A stretch of 64,000 nt of DNA from Bacteroidales bacterium. Lineage in GTDB: Bacteria; Bacteroidota; Bacteroidia; Bacteroidales; JAIPAP01. The stretch spans positions 13,391 to 77,390 of the forward strand of contig JAIPAP010000002.1 of the NCBI GenBank assembly GCA_021740045.1. Direction: 5' to 3'. A program made the position numbers and the translations under genes. This document shows positions 60,438-64,000 of the stretch, one piece after another; the first letter of the stretch is position 1; each line of letters starts with the position of its first letter. The notes beneath the pieces were generated by a model. It saw only the letters and a list, made by a program, of their open reading frames with translations, was not told where the DNA came from and did no database searches.

Positions 60438-62552
60438 TTAAACTTCTCTGGGTTCACTTATGTAACCCTTTATTTTATACACCACTTCGTTTTGCACCTC
60501 GGGTGGAGTTTGGGCATAATGCGAAAACTCCAGATTGGATGTAGCTCTTCCGGATGTAATGGACCGCAAATGGGTAACATAACCGAACATTTCGGCCAGC
60601 GGTACTTTGCCTTTTACCACTTGGGCTCCTATCCGCGAACTTACATCGTCGAGCATGCCACGTCGCTTATTCAGATCGGCGGTAACATCGCCCACATATT
60701 CCTCGGGCGTTACCACTTCTAACCGCATAATGGGCTCGAGCAGCACCGGCAGGGCCTGGTTACATGCTTTCCGGAAAGCTTGACGCGCTGCAATTTCAAA
60801 TGCCATTGCATCGGAATCAACCGAATGGGTGGAACCATCCAATACCGTTGCTTTCAAATTAAACAGGGGATATCCTACAATGATACCATTCATCATTGAT
60901 TCCCTGATGCCTTTTTCAATGGCCGGAATATATTCTTTAGGGATATTTCCTCCCTGTACATGATTTTCAAATTTCAACCCGATGCTGTTATCGTCTACCG
61001 GGCTAAATTCAATATCCACATCGGCAAACTTACCCTTGCCACCGGTTTGTTTTTTGTAAACCTCGCGATGACGAACCGTTTTGCGAATAGCTTCTTTATA
61101 GGCCACCTGCGGTGTACCTTTGGTCAATTCAATATTAAATTCCCTCTTCAGCCGGTCGATAATCACATCAAGATGTAACTCGCCCATACCACTAATAATG
61201 GTTTGGCCGGTTTCATCATCCACCCTGATGGTGAAGGTTGGATCTTCCTCGGCAAGCTTGTTAAGGCCTTGTTCCATTTTATCCACATCATCCTGGGTTT
61301 TGGGTTCCACGGCAACCCGGACTACGGGCTCGGGGAAAGCAATGGTCTCCAGCACAATAGGATGTTTATCATCGCAAAGGGTATCGCCTGTCCGTATTTT
61401 CTTAATACCGATAGCAACGCCAATATCTCCCGCTTCTATTTGTTCTACGGGCGATTGCTTATTGGCATGCATCTGCACAATGCGTGAGATGCGTTCTTTC
61501 TTACCGGTGTTAGCATTGTAAATCGTCGATCCTGCTTTGAGAGTTCCTGAGTAAACGCGGAAGAATGCGATGCGCCCAACAAAGGGATCGGTTGCTATTT
61601 TGAAGGCCAATGCAGAAAAAGGTTCGTTTTCATCGGCATGGCGTGCTTCTTGTTTTTCTGTATAAGGATTAATACCGGAAATGGATTCTACATCATAAGG
61701 GGCGGGGAGATAATTGATAACGGCATCGAGAAGGCTTTGAACACCAATGTTGCGCAAGGCTGCGCCACATAACACCGGTGTAATTCGCCGCTGGAGGGTA
61801 GCCTTTCGCAATTCCAAATGAATGTCTTCTTCTTTAATGGAGGCCGGATTTTCGAGGAACTTGGCAAATAATTCTTCATTCTCTTCGGCGGCGCCCTCAA
61901 TCAATTCATTGCGGTATTTCTGAACCATCTCCATCATATCTTCAGGGATATCACCTTCGTATATATCCTTACCCAAGGTTTCGGGATCCCAGTGATATGC
62001 CTTGTTTTTGATCAGGTCGATCACTCCGGCAAAATTATCTTCGGCGCCAATGGGGATTTGTATGGGCACCGGGCGGGTTCCGAGTTTTTCCCTGATCTCA
62101 TTCACCACGTGGAAAAAGTCGGCACCGGTACGATCCATCTTATTGATAAAACTGATACGGGGCACTTTGTAGCGATCGGCCTGCCGCCATACGGTTTCCG
62201 ATTGCGGTTCAACGCCGCCCACACCACAAAATACAGCTATGGCGCCATCGAGTATGCGCAATGAGCGCTCAACCTCAACGGTGAAATCCACATGACCGGG
62301 TGTGTCGATGATGTTGATCTTGTAACGGCTGTTATCGTAGTTCCAGTAAACGGTAGTAGCTGCAGAGGTGATCGTGATTCCGCGTTCCTGTTCCTGCACC
62401 ATCCAATCCATCGTAGCGGAACCCTCGTGCACCTCGCCTATCTTGTAGTTTTTGCCGGTATAATACAATATGCGCTCGGTCGTGGTAGTCTTACCAGCGT
62501 CGATGTGCGCGGCAATGCCGATATTTCTTGTATGTTGTAGTTTATCCGACAT
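60438..62552 (-). CDS. fusA: elongation factor G
   Basis: G1 motif [20 protein letters not shown], 704 aa. Confidence 0.95.
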   Translation of the reverse strand: MSDKLQHTRNIGIAAHIDAGKTTTTERILYYTGKNYKIGEVHEGSATMDWMVQEQERGITITSAATTVYWNYDNSRYKINIIDTPGHVDFTVEVERSLRILDGAIAVFCGVGGVEPQSETVWRQADRYKVPRISFINKMDRTGADFFHVVNEIREKLGTRPVPIQIPIGAEDNFAGVIDLIKNKAYHWDPETLGKDIYEGDIPEDMMEMVQKYRNELIEGAAEENEELFAKFLENPASIKEEDIHLELRKATLQRRITPVLCGAALRNIGVQSLLDAVINYLPAPYDVESISGINPYTEKQEARHADENEPFSALAFKIATDPFVGRIAFFRVYSGTLKAGSTIYNANTGKKERISRIVQMHANKQSPVEQIEAGDIGVAIGIKKIRTGDTLCDDKHPIVLETIAFPEPVVRVAVEPKTQDDVDKMEQGLNKLAEEDPTFTIRVDDETGQTIISGMGELHLDVIIDRLKREFNIELTKGTPQVAYKEAIRKTVRHREVYKKQTGGKGKFADVDIEFSPVDDNSIGLKFENHVQGGNIPKEYIPAIEKGIRESMMNGIIVGYPLFNLKATVLDGSTHSVDSDAMAFEIAARQAFRKACNQALPVLLEPIMRLEVVTPEEYVGDVTADLNKRRGMLDDVSSRIGAQVVKGKVPLAEMFGYVTHLRSITSGRATSNLEFSHYAQTPPEVQNEVVYKIKGYISEPREV

Positions 62553-62596
62553 CGTTTGTATTATACCTTATCTATTATCGTTCGTTTTGGTTTTAT

Positions 62597-63064
62597 TTAA
62601 AATCTAAAGTGTGAGAAGGCTTTGTTGGCATCGGCCATACGGTGCATATCTTCTTTACGCTTATATGAACCGCCTTCTTCCTTGTAGGCTGCCACAATTT
62701 CGCCGGCCAGTTTTTCTTCCATGGTTTTTTCATGGCGCTTGCGGGCAAAATTGATCATGTTTTTCATACCAAGTGATTGCTTGCGCTCAGGGCGAATTTC
62801 CGCGGGGATCTGGAATGTTGCCCCTCCTACTCTCCGGCTTCTTACCTCAACCGCAGGCGTTACATTCGACAATGCTTTCTTCCAAACTTCCAGTCCATCT
62901 TCCTGTGTGCGTTCCGCAACAATATCAATTGCCTGGTAAAATTTCTGGTACGATTTATTCTTCTTACCATCCAACATTAAGTTATTGACGAACTTGGTTA
63001 CCAGCACGTCGTTGAACTTCGGGTCGGGAAGAATAATTCGCTTTTTTGGTCTGCCTTTCCTCAT
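62597..63064 (-). CDS. rpsG: 30S ribosomal protein S7
   Basis: Operon position and the C-terminal [10 protein letters not shown]. Confidence 0.95.
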   Translation of the reverse strand: MRKGRPKKRIILPDPKFNDVLVTKFVNNLMLDGKKNKSYQKFYQAIDIVAERTQEDGLEVWKKALSNVTPAVEVRSRRVGGATFQIPAEIRPERKQSLGMKNMINFARKRHEKTMEEKLAGEIVAAYKEEGGSYKRKEDMHRMADANKAFSHFRF

Positions 63065-63098
63065 TGCTGCTTATATTAAAATCTATTCAATTGCTTAA

Positions 63099-63473
63099 TT
63101 ATTTCTTCGGTCGCTTGGTTCCGTACTTCGAACGGCGCTGGGTACGGCCATCAACACCAGATGTATCCAAGGCGCCGCGTACAATATGATAACGTACACC
63201 GGGAAGGTCCTTCACCCTGCCTCCACGTATCAATACAATGGAGTGCTCCTGGAGATTGTGGCCTTCGCCGGGAATGTAGGCATTGACCTCTTTACCATTG
63301 GTCAATCGCACCCTTGCAACCTTACGCATGGCGGAGTTAGGCTTTTTGGGCGTTGTTGTGTATACCCTTACACAAACTCCGCGTCGCTGCGGGCATGAAT
63401 CCAGTGCCGGCGACTTCTTCTTTTCAACTAGTTGTTGTCTTCCTTTTCTTACCAACTGCTGTATTGTGGGCAT
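63099..63473 (-). CDS. rpsL: 30S ribosomal protein S12
   Basis: [13 protein letters not shown]-terminus and [16 protein letters not shown]. Confidence 0.95.
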   Translation of the reverse strand: MPTIQQLVRKGRQQLVEKKKSPALDSCPQRRGVCVRVYTTTPKKPNSAMRKVARVRLTNGKEVNAYIPGEGHNLQEHSIVLIRGGRVKDLPGVRYHIVRGALDTSGVDGRTQRRSKYGTKRPKK

Positions 63474-63525
63474 CGCAATTAATTTAGTTAATCATCCTTT
63501 CAATTACCCCCAATTTTGGGGACTG

Positions 63526-63533
63526 CAAAAGTA
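63526..63533 (-). promoter_or_regulatory. candidate Bacteroidota -7 promoter element (TAnnTTTG) for the str operon
   Basis: The minus strand reads tacttttg 53 nt upstream of the rpsL ATG. A gttg lies ~19 nt further upstream as a weak -33 candidate. Confidence 0.4.
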
Positions 63534-64000
63534 TTACAATATTTTGAATCATCAACCCTGGTTTTCAAAAAAATAACAGGATTGTTTATCATGCTTGATT
63601 CAAAGCCATATGTCTTTTGCTTTGACACTTTTTGTGGTGGGTACACTTGGGAGGCCTAACAGACATCTTGCAACCCTCTTGCGAAGTTTTTTTTGGTTGC
63701 AAGCAGAAACCTATATGGTCTTATTTTGTCAGGTTTCCCAGCTTTCCCAGCCTTGTTGGGGCTTTTCATTCACCCCGTAAAATTGAGGTGCAAATGTAAG
63801 CATTCATTTTGAATAAACAATAGCGTATTAAAATTAATTTAAGAAAATTTGATGATGATTAGCTTTTAAGTCATTCCATCATTAGCTAACGTATGGTGTA
63901 GGTATGATTTGTGTTGGGCCAAATAAAAGAAGCCTGCTAACAGGAATTTCATATACATATACATACTTCTATTGATTTGTGTTTCGTTTTATAATACCTT

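Noticed and set aside
63595-64000. Right-hand window end, examined for a partial gene
   Set aside because: All frames on both strands are interrupted by stops. The 61-aa ORF at 63595-63780 has no coding features.

Overview
This looks like a Bacteroidota chromosome segment. At least nine proteins end in T9SS-type C-terminal sorting domains, the str-S10-spc-alpha ribosomal superoperon has no tuf between fusA and rpsJ, and there is a TAnnTTTG-type promoter box. Layout: (1) 1-9148, minus strand: three secreted proteins built from cohesin-like, dockerin-like and PKD-like modules, downstream of a TPR histidine kinase and a LuxR-type response regulator. (2) 9330-12548: two more T9SS cargo proteins. 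(3) 12549-20366: a Crp/Fnr regulator divergent from eight co-directional genes. These encode a hexahaem lipoprotein, a monohaem lipoprotein, a predicted outer-membrane beta-barrel, two paralogous monohaem cytochromes c, a membrane-anchored heptahaem cytochrome plus a cytochrome b, and an ImcH/NapC-NirT-like membrane cytochrome. No catalytic reductase is present. This is the most interesting candidate system: a possible extracellular or outer-membrane electron conduit. A perfect TTGAT-N4-ATCAA box lies in its promoter region. (4) 20893-21108: a G-free 8-bp tandem array, followed at 21308-28672 by five tandem paralogous T9SS cargo genes whose sorting domains look homogenised. (5) 29031-43700: an accessory mix containing a UDG-like protein, DUF2905, an EEP nuclease/phosphatase, ComEC, a PD-(D/E)XK-like protein, a C69 dipeptidase, rhaD, DUF433, a secreted endonuclease I with lamin-tail domains, a YafQ toxin-antitoxin pair, duplicated GC-rich elements, 7/8-bp microsatellite-like arrays, and an IS3-family element with a -1 frameshift site. 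(6) 43743-63473, minus strand: eno, then rplQ through rpsL (the full alpha, spc, S10 and str operons, including rpmJ and rpmD, which are missing from the ORF track). I recognised no rRNA, tRNA or CRISPR array. All domain calls come from motif recognition by eye, not from database searches.
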